Below are positions 41,695 through 52,488 of a stretch of DNA of 64,000 bases, in pieces. The stretch covers positions 124,001 through 188,000 of the forward strand of contig OX337233.1 in assembly GCA_946965045.2 (NCBI GenBank), given 5' to 3'. A program made the translations under genes and the position numbers. Origin of the DNA: Epithemia pelagica (lineage: Eukaryota; Protista; Bacillariophyta). The number at the start of each line of letters is the position of its first letter. Position 1 is the first letter of the stretch. The notes beneath the pieces are model-generated. The model worked only from the letters and a program-made list of their open reading frames with translations, was not told the origin of the DNA and did no database searches.

Positions 41695-44600
41695 CGCTCC
41701 TCACAAGGCGTGGGAACGTCGTGTGTTTGTAGGGTACTGACGGGTTTATGCCCTAATAGTACGTCCCGAAACTTGTTGAAGAGTGCCCCCTGTAGCGGGT
41801 TTGTGTAGAAATCCGCCAGCATTTCTTCGGTGGGACAGTAGTGGATATCGATCTTCTCCTGTTGAATCTGGTCCTTAATGAAGAAGTATCTGATGTCCAC
41901 GTGTCTTGATTGTTTACCTGCCGATGCTCTTCCATTTTTCTCAAGCCGTATGGCGCTCTGGTTGTCTTGTGCAAAGCGTGTGCTTTCAATGTTGTATCCT
42001 TGGGCCTCGAGAAAACGTTTGGCCCATAGAGTATTCGGGAGGTAATCGCTGGCTCCAACAACCTCCGCCTCCGTAGAACTCTTTGTATTAAGCTTTTGTT
42101 TTTTCGATTTCGCCATGATTGCGCCTCGTCCCAGTGACATTACGCCCCCTGTGTGACTTTTCATGTCCTCGTGTACTGCGAATGATGCGTCCACCCAGTT
42201 GAGAAGGTGCGGGACATCATCCGCTCCCACGATGTATTCCATCCCTTCTGTAGCATGTAAGTACTGGAGTACTCGTCTGAGTTTGTCCCAATCCTCAGTG
42301 GTGGCCTTTGATACGCGTGTACAAAGGAAGGCGATTGCTGTTTGGATGTCAATCCTTGACCTCTGCGATAAGTAGAGCAACTTGGCGACGATGCTGTGGA
42401 ATTTCTCCTTTCGTTTCGAATCCAGTTCAGGGGCGCTTTTGGTGTTGAAAAGGCCTTTCTTTGCTGGTGAAGATGCACCTTGGGACACGTCTTCACCGAA
42501 CATTTCGATTGCTTCTTTTATGTATTGCGGCATCAGGATACTTACCGTGCCGTTTTCGTTGATTGTGGTATTCATTCCCAAATATGTGTGCTTGCGTCCT
42601 CTGCAGACCGTCATCTTTCCAAACTTGGCCTCGATCGTCTCAATGATTTGTTCGACGACTTCTTCTTCCACGTGAGACGCCTTGAGGTCGTCCACGTACC
42701 ACGTAATTGTGCATTGTTTGCCGTTTATGATCTTATTCGCGACGCATGGATCATAGGGGTTTAACTCGAAACCCATTTCTTTCAGGGTCGACGCGAACAA
42801 CTCATACCAGAGTAATGCGGATTGTACGCATCCATATAGGGCCTTGTTGAGGCGTACGTATAGTACTTTAACGCCATCTTCCATGACGACGTATTTCTCG
42901 TATTTCTTGTCTAGTTTGCAAAAAATGTCGACGACCTCTCCCGTCAGTCGCATTAGGACAAAATCCTTCATGTAGGCGTTGAGGTAAGCGCCGGCGATGT
43001 CGGCCGTGATGACCTTTCGTCGTTCTTGGGCGTCGATGACGAGAGACATGATGAGGGCATCCACCGATAGTGCTGGTGATGCTGTCTCACTCTTGTCGTA
43101 TTGGGTTCGTTGTGGTCGGCCGTCTGCACATGAACGTCCCTTCAATTTCCCGCAACGTTTCTCTTTGATTACGTTGACTGATCGTAGGGCCGCCTTTTTT
43201 TGTTGAGGGGTCAATTTGGACGCGTCCTGTGGATCGAAAGTATCTTGGCCGTCCAATTGAGTGAACTCCTTCAATAATGCGTCAATGGCTCGTTGCCCGT
43301 GTTTCTTTATGCCGGCTTTCGCGGACATCTGAGTGAAAATGAAGTTTGCCATCAGAGAGTGGATGGGTGTTCGGTCATTCACGTTGGTTGTAGCGTGTTT
43401 GATGGCCTGTTGCAAGAACTGCGCGTGCAAATAAGAGGTTGCGCCATCTGCCATGTCCATCTGATGGTCGAGCCGGTGGGCGTACGATCGCTCCCGGTTT
43501 CCTCGAAGGTTGTACTCGTGTCTAGGCTCGGTGTTGTCGGTTGGTTCGACCATGTCATGGTCATCCTCGTATTCTTCGGATACGTCTGGGAACTCCTCGC
43601 GCTCCTCAATTTGCGCTCCTTCATCTTCCACTTCTTCCTCGTCGACATCGTCGTCGTGGTCGTATGCTCCTTCATTTTCGGCCGTTTCATCGACCGCACC
43701 AACATCAGATTCATCTTCTGTTGTGCTGTCCTCATCCGTGGTTGATACCATGGGAGGCTCCGATGGTTCGTCGCTGTCGGAGCTATTTTCGTTCGCTCCT
43801 TCGTCCACATCGGGGTCGTCTTCGTTGTCCTCATCGGAAATCGCTCCTTCATCTTCATCGTTGTGTAGATCATCATTTCCGTTGTTTTCTTCTTCATCGT
43901 CATCGTCCGCTGCATCGTCAACGTGTTCAGGGTCTTCGATCGGGACATTGGGTGCCCACTCAAAAACGAGCTCGCCGTTAATGATGGGTTGTTCTTGTTC
44001 GGCTGCCAACTCTTCTACCCTGTTGATGACGTCTTGGGTGATTGGTACTTCCGTCCACTGGTGTCGGGAGATTCGCGCTCCGGTCGCGAGGGACATGAAG
44101 TAGTAGCTCCCTTGTGCGTTTCCAGTGGGGTTGAGGGCGATGGCGCCGATGGTACGCGGTTCTGTTGTGCTTGTTCTGCGGCGCTCCTCAAAAACCTGGG
44201 CATATTGCCCGAATTCTATCCTCATGCTATTGTAGTCAGGATCCGGTAGTCCAGTGATGATTTTTCGTGGACTCATGGTGGGTGAGATTCCTTTTCGGTT
44301 GGGGAGCTGGTTCAAGGTCCGGACCGCATGGGATACGAGCTCGCGTACCATGAGGACTGGATACCGTCGGAAAGGGAGGCCATGGACCGTTGATCGCACT
44401 CGCTCCTTAATCGTGCGAATGGATCGTTCGACTTGGCCCACATGGTCATCGGCGGCGACGATGTTGGCTATGACTGGTCGAATGCTGTTTTGGAGGGGCG
44501 CAAACTCGTTGTCCGCGTGGAGGTCTACCACTTCGAAGCCGCGGGACTTGTAAAGGTGAAATACGTCCTTTAGTTCTTGCTCCAACGTTGTCTTTTGCCT

Positions 44601-46727
44601 GTTTGCTATGGCCGCAACGGTGCGGAAATTGATGTGTCTCGAAGTAGTGTGGCAAAAAATGAGCCCTTGAACGTAAAAATTGTCCGCGCAGATCGTCACG
44701 CGCTTGTGTTCTTGTTTGATGTGGTCGGGAATGTCCGTTATCGTCTGTTGAGGCACGGCGGCCGTTGGTCGTTTCACTGTCTTTCCTTTGAGGGTGGCGG
44801 GGTCCGGTCCGTAAATTTGGAGGGCGCGTCGTGCATCTTCGGGGGTGACGGGACAGTTTCGGATGACGTTGTTGGTGAGGGCGTCGAGAAAATCGCGTTG
44901 GGAGGGGCGACCGAGTTGTCTGTACAGAGTACGGGCACGATCCGCTCCTTCGACCTCCCGGGGCGAAAAACCAGTCGCATTACGAGGTACCGAGTTAAGG
45001 AACAGATAGGGAGTAGAGGTAGAGTTAATAAAGTTAGACGGATCTGCAACATCAAAATAGTAAAGTCCCATCGCACTTTCACGAAAAATCATTACCGAGC
45101 CATCACGACGATGGACTGAGATGGAAGGATCACCGGCAGTGTCCATGGTGACTCGACAGCGCTGCCTGACAGCAGCAAGGGACAGGATGTTGGCCAGAGA
45201 CTGAGGGTTATACCAGACCTCCCCAAAATTGGGAATGTCGCCGAGAAGAGTTGAAACTTGGCAACCACCGTTGGTATAGACGGTGAGGGGACGGGAAGAG
45301 GATCGAATATTGGAGAGGAGGGAGGAGTTCTTGAAAACGGAGATAGTCGATTGACTGTCCAACAAGACCCACGTATCAGGAATGGCACGGTGTGCCGGTT
45401 GGGAGAAACAGCAACCAAACAAAGCGAAAGTGAAATTGTAGCGTGGAGGAGAGGTCCCATGTTGGAGCATGGTGACACCAGAGTTGGAAGGGGCAGCGGA
45501 ATCACCGTCTTCCCGACGTGGACACTGGCTAGCATAATGACCTGGGCCCTGGCAAAAGAAACAGGTGATGGCCTCATGGAGAATGCCATCCAAACCGGGA
45601 ACAGGGGCCGTTGTCTGTGCAAACTGTAGCCCACCACTTGTGTGACCACTGGAAGCACCACTGCTGGAAACACCACCTGACGATGGCAAAGGGGAGTGAG
45701 ATTGTTTGGGGCCACGGTAACTCACAAGCATACCGTACGCGGCCGTGACGTCGGGGGGATACTGATCGGTTCCCCGAGAGAACTGGTTTTCCAACTCGAT
45801 CATCAAGTTCCCAAAACGTTTGCGATCGGCCCCCCGGAGGAACTGAATGGCAAGGGCGCGTTCTCGACTCAGACGCTTCTTCTCGTCAGATGATGTGGAC
45901 TCATCGGGGTCCAAATACTTCACAATTAACTCCTGGGAACCCTTGTCGACGCCAATTGAACCACCATAATGTTCCAACACGTCAACATTTTCCCGAAATT
46001 GGTGAAGGTAATCGGCAAGGGATTCTTCTGCTTGCTGCCGATGTAAATAAAAATTGGTATACGCATCATTCAGTGACGCAGAACCATATTGTTTTTCTTC
46101 AAATTTGTGTCGAATGGCTTTGATTTGGGTCAAAAGCCAAGCACAATCACACTCGTTTCTGGCGGTTTCGTATTTTTCTAGGCCCTGCAGTTTCGCTTTC
46201 ATGGCCTCACTGCATTGGCCCCATATGACAGCGTAGGCGGCCTGTAGATTACTCTTGAGGATTTCACAGCGTGTCACATACGCGGCCACCGTTTTTTCAA
46301 AGATCGCTATCTTGAGCCGGCTAGTTTCATCTTCTGCCAGGTCTGGGGGCTCTTCAACGATGGGATTCTTCAAATCCCTGGTGAGGGTCACCATGTCACC
46401 CGCATGCTTGAAAGTCTTGGAGAAATGTTCCTCCAGGGCTTCCATGGTGCGAGTGAATTGACGTTTGTCATTGCACTCATGAAACACCTGGAACACGTGG
46501 CCGTTCATGCCATCAGTGTTCCCTTTGAACGAACTGTTCCCTGTGGCGTTACCACCTGAACCACCTCGTCCACCTCGTCCTCCACGTCCTCGACCACGAC
46601 CTCGTCGGCCTCTTCCTTGGTTTCCTTGGTTCGAGTTGGTACCAGTGCCATCACTAGGCGGCGTGGTACCGGGCGTAGTTGGGGCGCCGCCCTGGCTTGA
46701 CTGGTTGGACGTGGGAGAACTGCTCAT
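41457..46727 (-). CDS. gag-pol: copia-2 gag-pol polyprotein (1756 aa; stop lies inside the 3' LTR)
   Basis: CCHC CFFCQGPGHYASQC; PR VLLDSQST; IN CADNFY/ADNEF/VERSIR; RT YVDD; RH WVDASF/EAE/QDNQSA/ADFYTNP. Confidence 0.95.
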   Translation of the reverse strand: MSSSPTSNQSSQGGAPTTPGTTPPSDGTGTNSNQGNQGRGRRGRGRGRGGRGGRGGSGGNATGNSSFKGNTDGMNGHVFQVFHECNDKRQFTRTMEALEEHFSKTFKHAGDMVTLTRDLKNPIVEEPPDLAEDETSRLKIAIFEKTVAAYVTRCEILKSNLQAAYAVIWGQCSEAMKAKLQGLEKYETARNECDCAWLLTQIKAIRHKFEEKQYGSASLNDAYTNFYLHRQQAEESLADYLHQFRENVDVLEHYGGSIGVDKGSQELIVKYLDPDESTSSDEKKRLSRERALAIQFLRGADRKRFGNLMIELENQFSRGTDQYPPDVTAAYGMLVSYRGPKQSHSPLPSSGGVSSSGASSGHTSGGLQFAQTTAPVPGLDGILHEAITCFFCQGPGHYASQCPRREDGDSAAPSNSGVTMLQHGTSPPRYNFTFALFGCCFSQPAHRAIPDTWVLLDSQSTISVFKNSSLLSNIRSSSRPLTVYTNGGCQVSTLLGDIPNFGEVWYNPQSLANILSLAAVRQRCRVTMDTAGDPSISVHRRDGSVMIFRESAMGLYYFDVADPSNFINSTSTPYLFLNSVPRNATGFSPREVEGADRARTLYRQLGRPSQRDFLDALTNNVIRNCPVTPEDARRALQIYGPDPATLKGKTVKRPTAAVPQQTITDIPDHIKQEHKRVTICADNFYVQGLIFCHTTSRHINFRTVAAIANRQKTTLEQELKDVFHLYKSRGFEVVDLHADNEFAPLQNSIRPVIANIVAADDHVGQVERSIRTIKERVRSTVHGLPFRRYPVLMVRELVSHAVRTLNQLPNRKGISPTMSPRKIITGLPDPDYNSMRIEFGQYAQVFEERRRTSTTEPRTIGAIALNPTGNAQGSYYFMSLATGARISRHQWTEVPITQDVINRVEELAAEQEQPIINGELVFEWAPNVPIEDPEHVDDAADDDDEEENNGNDDLHNDEDEGAISDEDNEDDPDVDEGANENSSDSDEPSEPPMVSTTDEDSTTEDESDVGAVDETAENEGAYDHDDDVDEEEVEDEGAQIEEREEFPDVSEEYEDDHDMVEPTDNTEPRHEYNLRGNRERSYAHRLDHQMDMADGATSYLHAQFLQQAIKHATTNVNDRTPIHSLMANFIFTQMSAKAGIKKHGQRAIDALLKEFTQLDGQDTFDPQDASKLTPQQKKAALRSVNVIKEKRCGKLKGRSCADGRPQRTQYDKSETASPALSVDALIMSLVIDAQERRKVITADIAGAYLNAYMKDFVLMRLTGEVVDIFCKLDKKYEKYVVMEDGVKVLYVRLNKALYGCVQSALLWYELFASTLKEMGFELNPYDPCVANKIINGKQCTITWYVDDLKASHVEEEVVEQIIETIEAKFGKMTVCRGRKHTYLGMNTTINENGTVSILMPQYIKEAIEMFGEDVSQGASSPAKKGLFNTKSAPELDSKRKEKFHSIVAKLLYLSQRSRIDIQTAIAFLCTRVSKATTEDWDKLRRVLQYLHATEGMEYIVGADDVPHLLNWVDASFAVHEDMKSHTGGVMSLGRGAIMAKSKKQKLNTKSSTEAEVVGASDYLPNTLWAKRFLEAQGYNIESTRFAQDNQSAIRLEKNGRASAGKQSRHVDIRYFFIKDQIQQEKIDIHYCPTEEMLADFYTNPLQGALFNKFRDVLLGHKPVSTLQTHDVPTPCEERVGNNEQVRKHCDAGTPGKARPKTMKARPKTMKNTMENKTSRTSSARVTFADVVRRGKANKSPTNEPRAHSLETIKPVK

Positions 46728-47328
46728 CCCGTTGTGCCGATAGATACCTTACGTTGTCTCGGGCTCGCCGAAGATCGTGCCCACTGTCTGTGTGCACGAG
46801 GACTTGTATATCCGTCACCTTGGCCACCACTCCAGTGCCGTCTCTGATTGTTGGAGCCCGACCGAAACGAGCTGCAGGGTTCACAATCCTGACGATGTCG
46901 CCCACACAAAAGATTCGACGTCTTGGGTGGATGATTTATCGGATTCCTGTGACGTTGGACGTCCACAGTGTACAGCCGGACCGTAGGGCGGTTCTCTCTT
47001 CTGGAGTGTAGTTCACCTGACTATCCGTTCTTGGGGAAAAGGTGCCGACAACTTCAACACTTGAGCTCGCCACGCTTGCACTGGAAACAGATTCTCCACT
47101 TGTCCTGAGGGTTCTAGGTTGTTCTTCGTGCGATTCGTCTTCGTCTTCGCTGTCTCCCGTTTCGTACCCACTTGGTTGGCCCCTTGCCACGGGTGGATTG
47201 ACCCCCAACTCCGTTGGTGGATCGCGTAGGTCCTTGAGTTTCCGGACAATCTCCTGTTGACGGACACTCAATTCGTCAAGTTCTTGTATAAGTTCGTCGA
47301 TTTCTTGTTGTCGAGAGGATGTACTCAT
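46654..47328 (-). pseudogene. Extra upstream ORF of copia-2 (coiled-coil N-terminus, KOW/SH3-like C-terminus) with one in-frame TAA at 46936-46938
   Basis: ORFs 46936-47328 and 46654-46905 share a frame; EIDELIQELDELSVRQQEIVRKL and VGDIVRIVNP...GVVAKVTDIQVLVHTDSG...RRARDNVRYL. Confidence 0.55.
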
Positions 47329-47365
47329 GAATGAAAGCAGTGAAAAGGATTTTCTTTGGAAGCAA

Positions 47366-47664
47366 TGTCGAGCAGAATGGTTTGGCCGTCAGCTTTTACC
47401 ACTTTACTGTAAAATTGAACGTAATCCTATTTTACTGGCTTGATTGTTTCCAAAGAATGAGCTCTAGGTTCATTTGTTGGCGATTTGTTCGCCTTGCCTC
47501 TTCTGACTACGTCAGCGAACGTCACGCGTGCGGAGCTCGTCCTGCTTGTTTTGTTCTCCATAGTATTCTTCATTGTCTTTGGTCTTGCTTTCATTGTCTT
47601 TGGTCTTGCTTCGCCAGGCGTTCCCGCGTCGCAGTGTTTTCTTACTTGCTCATTATTTCCAACA
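47366..47664 (-). repeat. 5' LTR of copia-2
   Basis: Direct repeat of 41396-41694. Confidence 0.97.
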
Positions 47665-48670
47665 CATGGCAGTCTGGACGCCAATTATTTTGGACCCTTT
47701 CTCAACATGACACCATGAGGACCTGCTGAATCGATCACAAAGTCGCCCCATTGGAGGTACATAAAGATGTGGAGGCTCGAAAAAAGTATCTAGCTATACA
47801 GCAAATGTCATACAACTTGCATCCAGGATGATCTACAACCAAGACAAAAGAGTGGAGGAGCATTCCACTGCCCAACCATGGCTGGTGGATATGAGGACAG
47901 CTATGAATGGCAGCGTCATGTTTGCAACAAATGCTCAAAGTCGGACCAAGAGAGTAGTTGCGCCGGTGACGAGGAGTGCAGTACTACGGATTTAAGTATG
48001 GAACGCGATTTAACTCCCTCCCGACGCGTCCGATTGGAGTAGTGAAGAATTGATTATTTGAAAGGGTCGCATCGCCCTTTCAAGTCTTCATACGAGGACC
48101 GATACCCATGGACTGTCAACGAGCCACTTCGGAGAGACTGATTGCTGGTTCGACGCAAGCAAATTGCTGACCTCATGATAAAGTATAGTTGCAATATTGG
48201 AGAAAATATCGAACACGTCGGTGTCACAAATTCCAACGATTCACAAATGTCCTGTCACCAGAAACCACAAACGTCGAGAGACGGGGTACTGTCCTCTCAC
48301 GCAGGCATTCGCCATAGAAGGACCGGACCTCACAATTGAACGCATGGTCGGAATGAAGACGACCGTCTAAACGAGTCGCTACGCCTAGTGTTTCAGGCAC
48401 GTAACCATAATCTTCCACAGCATGATTACTCGACCCCATCAAGAGCAGAGAGGCATGGTACCATGGCCATCTACCCAAGGCCTGGCTCCACTCCTGTTTG
48501 CAGTGTCATGCCGGATGGTGTAACTTTCGTCTTCTACTAGTACAAAGGTGTATGTGATATCTCTTTAGGTCGCAATGCCATGAAGAAAACAATCAAACTG
48601 CAGTTTGAGAAAAAATGATAATGCTATAGTTCCGCTATTGTTAGGACATACATGCAATACGTTGCAAATT

Positions 48671-49855
48671 TCAAGTTCCATCCTTGCCTTCATCACCACG
48701 GCGTGTATCGGGCTTTGTTCGTTTATGAGCTGATGTCGAGGTGGAGAAGGGAGAAATATCATCATCTCGGATACCCATACCTTCAAGAGAATGATACCAT
48801 CCGTTCGATTGCTGCTCACAGAGTCGACGAAAGCACCACGAATTCCTATCCATTAGTGGCAATGTCGCACAGGAAGGATTGATCCATCCACCAACCACGG
48901 CAACTTGATTGGCAACAGACACCATACTGCAGCCCCAACGATCTTCTTGCAGTCCAGGGAGATTCCACACACGGTTGCGGTGCGTATCCAAGACTTCCAC
49001 ACTTAAATTGCCTCGTCCTCCCGCCACCACCAGACAAGATCCCACGGCTACCATTGCACAAAAAGCTCGAGGGTTGGAAAGCACCAATTCAGAGTGAGTG
49101 GTCCAAGCGGACGAGAAGGAAATGACTGTCGTCAAAGACTCGTCTTTTCTCTCCTCTGCAAAGTCCAAATACTCCACCGAATCAAGTACATTGTCATCGT
49201 TTCGGCCTCCAACGACAAAAATGCGGTGTCCAACGACTGCGCTGTCAAAGTATGATCGAGGAACAGTCATAGATGGTCCCTCAATGAGAGTGTGATTGCT
49301 GGTATCAACAATATCCACCGACGACCAATAACGATTGCTGCGTCCACCCATTACAACGATGTATCGGTTGTGCACGGCAACAGCACAACATCCCACTCGT
49401 CCCGTTGATAATCGACATGTCAATGTTGTCCAATAACTATCCTGTGTGGTGGTGGTTGTAAAGGATGATCGAAGCAAATCATTGGCATCGATTCGTTCAA
49501 TACAATCCAAAAGTCCTCGACTGTATCCTCCCATCACGTACACGCCGCCATTGCAAACAACAGCGGCATGTCCAGCACGTGTCTTGTCCATGGATGGTCC
49601 TTCTCGCCACTGCTTGCTGGGGTGTGATAGATTCAATGTAAGAACCGAATCGAGCTCGCATTGACCTGTTCGATATCCACCCAACACGACGACGGTTTGT
49701 TCTTGGTTGTTATCGGGATGATTCAGTACGACCGAAGCATGACGAGAACGCCATTCACCCTCAAGAGGAGGCCAGTCCTCGAAATTCCATTCATGTGTCT
49801 CGTCTAACAGGACAAGGCCCGACTGCCATGCTTGTTCTTTCAGTGTCGTTGTCAT
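48671..49855 (-). CDS. Kelch-repeat protein K7 (394 aa, intact)
   Basis: Six kelch blades; start MTTTLKEQAWQSGLVL. The 161-codon upstream extension in the ORF track is spacer sequence. Confidence 0.88.
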   Translation of the reverse strand: MTTTLKEQAWQSGLVLLDETHEWNFEDWPPLEGEWRSRHASVVLNHPDNNQEQTVVVLGGYRTGQCELDSVLTLNLSHPSKQWREGPSMDKTRAGHAAVVCNGGVYVMGGYSRGLLDCIERIDANDLLRSSFTTTTTQDSYWTTLTCRLSTGRVGCCAVAVHNRYIVVMGGRSNRYWSSVDIVDTSNHTLIEGPSMTVPRSYFDSAVVGHRIFVVGGRNDDNVLDSVEYLDFAEERKDESLTTVISFSSAWTTHSELVLSNPRAFCAMVAVGSCLVVAGGRGNLSVEVLDTHRNRVWNLPGLQEDRWGCSMVSVANQVAVVGGWINPSCATLPLMDRNSWCFRRLCEQQSNGWYHSLEGMGIRDDDISPFSTSTSAHKRTKPDTRRGDEGKDGT

Positions 49856-51281
49856 GGTCACGGCTTTACTAATACGTTGACAAGAAAAATGGCAGAGGGT
49901 ATTTTTGTAATAGTAGAGCAGCTTTGCTTTTTTGCGTGGAGACCGCGGCGACAGAAAGGTGTGCCAGTCCTGCGTACGATGGTGAAGGGTAATCAATCGC
50001 ACATAGATTTCATGACAAGCCCCAAGAAAAGTATCTTTTGGTCGACGACGAGAGGGAGAGAGCGACAGCATTATTTGTGATGATGAAGAGGTCCTTTTGT
50101 ATGATGAATAGGTCAGTGCGAGGCACAAAGTGGAGGTAGAGTACTCTTGTGCGACAGTGTTGTAATCGTGCAACAAGGTTTCGGCGGATCTGGCATTGAG
50201 GGGCACGACATCGCGATGAGGAGGAGCTTGTTTCCAGGCATGATCGATCGAACGAGCAATGCTGCGACAGGAAATAGTGGTGGTGGATGTTTCTTGACTC
50301 GTCGTCGTCCATGGCACGAAAGTGCCCACAAAGTCCAACTTCCAAGACGGAGTTCAACACAGTTGGTTCCACGACAATGATACCATCCATTTCGTTCATT
50401 TGGAGAAGGAACAATGAGTGCCTTCTTCTTTGTCGCTGCGTTGGTAGTTCGGGAGGTTCTGGTGTGTCAACGATAAGGCTCGATTCCTTGCTGTCGTGCT
50501 GGTCCATTGCGACAACTGGCACGACCGATCCGATTTGGTGGGTTCCTCTTGGATTTGTTCTGGAGGGACTTTACTGTCCTTGTTGCAACTGTCCTCCTGA
50601 CGAGACGAAATTCCATTCGCAGGAGACAACGTGGGCTGTTCGATCGTAGCCAAGAGGGTCTTGCAAAAAGTGTTGCGGTATACGTCTCTGGACGTAGGGT
50701 TCCGCCGATCCACCATGGAAGCAGGAAACTTGATGGTGAAGAATCGAACCCATTCGGTCGCATGGTGACTCCTCCGAAAGGGACACTGTTCTTGGTTATC
50801 GTGTCGGGATTGGACATGACACGGTCCTCCCTCCTTGCTTCCATCCAAAAAGCGAACCATCAGAAGCGGGCCTCATCCGGTCCAACAAAGTGTTGCCTTG
50901 TCGTGCTTCTGCTCCTGATCCTGTCATCATCGGACTTTTGGATCCACCTGTTTCGTCCTTTTGTCGGATTCATCAAACTCTAGAAAATTGAAACAAAGCC
51001 AATTTGAGAACTTTTTTGGAATACAACACAGTCGGTTCTTGCCGTAGCTACCACAGTTACCAATCGATGACGGTTTGCCGTGTAAAGAAGTGCCATGATA
51101 CCACCACAAGGTCATGGCCAAGGCGTAGTACCACTCGTAGACACACACAAGTCGGATCGTTCCTTCCATGCCTTTGACAACAAACAAGCACATTCTATCT
51201 TGCAACATGTTCTTTCTACTTTTGAGTAAACACTAACTAGGTTCTAGGATTGCAATCGAACATAGAAAACAAGTCAATGAC

Positions 51282-52488
51282 TTATAACAAAACGTCTAGG
51301 TTTTCATCCGTCCCTTCATCACCACGGTGAGTATCGGACCTTGCGCGTTTACAAGCTAATGTCGATGTGGAGAAGGGTGAGATATCATCATCTCGGATAC
51401 CCATACCTTCAAGAGAATGATACCATCGATTGGGCTGCTGCTCACAGAGTCGACGAAAACACCACGAATTCCTATCCAGTAGTGGTAATGTCGCACAGGA
51501 AGGATTGTCCCATCCACCAATCACGGCAACTTGATTTGCAACAGCCACCATACTGCAGCAATTGCGGTGATTCACGAATGGTGGGAGATTCCACATGCGG
51601 TTGCGGTGAATATCCAAGACTTCCACGGTTGAACCCCATCCTCCCGCCACAACCAGACAAGATCCCACGGCAACCACTGCACAAGATCTTCGTGCATTGG
51701 AAAGCCTCAACTCCAAATGAGTGGTCCAGGTGGGTGAGAAAGAAATGAATGTCAAGCCTATCTCCTTTTTTGTCACATCGCTGTCACAGGGTGTTGCATA
51801 GTACAAATACTCCACCTTGTCAACACGACCATGCTCGTTCCAACCTCCAACGACAAAGATGCGGTGTCCAATGACCGCACTGGCACAACAAAATCGTGGA
51901 ACATTCATGGATGGTCCCACAGAGACAGTGTGGTTCCTGGTATCAATAATATCCACCGACGACAAATAACGACCGTTATAGCCACCCATTACAACGATGT
52001 ATCGGTTGTGAACCGCGACAGCACCACATCCCCATCGTGGCGTTGATAACCGACATGTCAATGTCGTCCAGTTCATCTCGTGTGTGATGCTGGTTGTCAA
52101 AGATGATTGCAGCAAATAATTGGCATCAATTCGTTCGATACAATTCAAACATGAACCTTCAGAGTATCCTCCCATCACGTAGACGCCGCCATTGCACACA
52201 ACAGCGGCATGATGCCCACGTTTCTTGTCCATGGACGGCCCTTCTCGCCACTAAATTCATTACAAGAATGGAATCTAGCTCGCCTTGGCCTGTTCGATAT
52301 CCTCCCAACACGACGACGGTTTGTTCCTTGTTGTTATCGGTACGATTCAGTACGACCGAAGCATGACGAGAACGCCATTCACCTTCAAGAGGAGGCCAGT
52401 CCTGGTAATTCCATTCAGCTGTCTCATCGTCTAACAGGACAAGGCCCGACTGCAATGCTTGCTTTTGCAGTGTCGTTGTCATGGTCAA
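51282..52488 (-). pseudogene. Kelch K8, frameshifted by a short deletion near 52253
   Basis: The NL(AESNKQ)WREG segment is missing about 17 nt relative to paralogs; ORFs 52159-52488 and 51282-52232 are in different frames. Confidence 0.85.

Larger units (their letters stand above)
41396..47664 (-). mobile_element. Ty1/copia LTR retrotransposon (copia-2, CoDi-like), full length
   Basis: 299-bp TG...CA LTRs (41396-41694, 47366-47664; 2 mismatches seen); CATGG TSD (41391-41395, 47665-47669); PPT GAGGAGCG at 41695-41702. Confidence 0.97.

Noticed and set aside
43293-44103. Several long overlapping ORFs in copia-2
   Set aside because: They are alternative frames of the acidic low-complexity IN-RT linker.
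49856-50338. 161-aa N-terminal extension making K7 a 555-aa protein
   Set aside because: It is spacer sequence homologous to 19735-19910 that happens to be open; all paralogs start at M(x)1-4LKEQ. The same applies to the extensions of K2 and K11.
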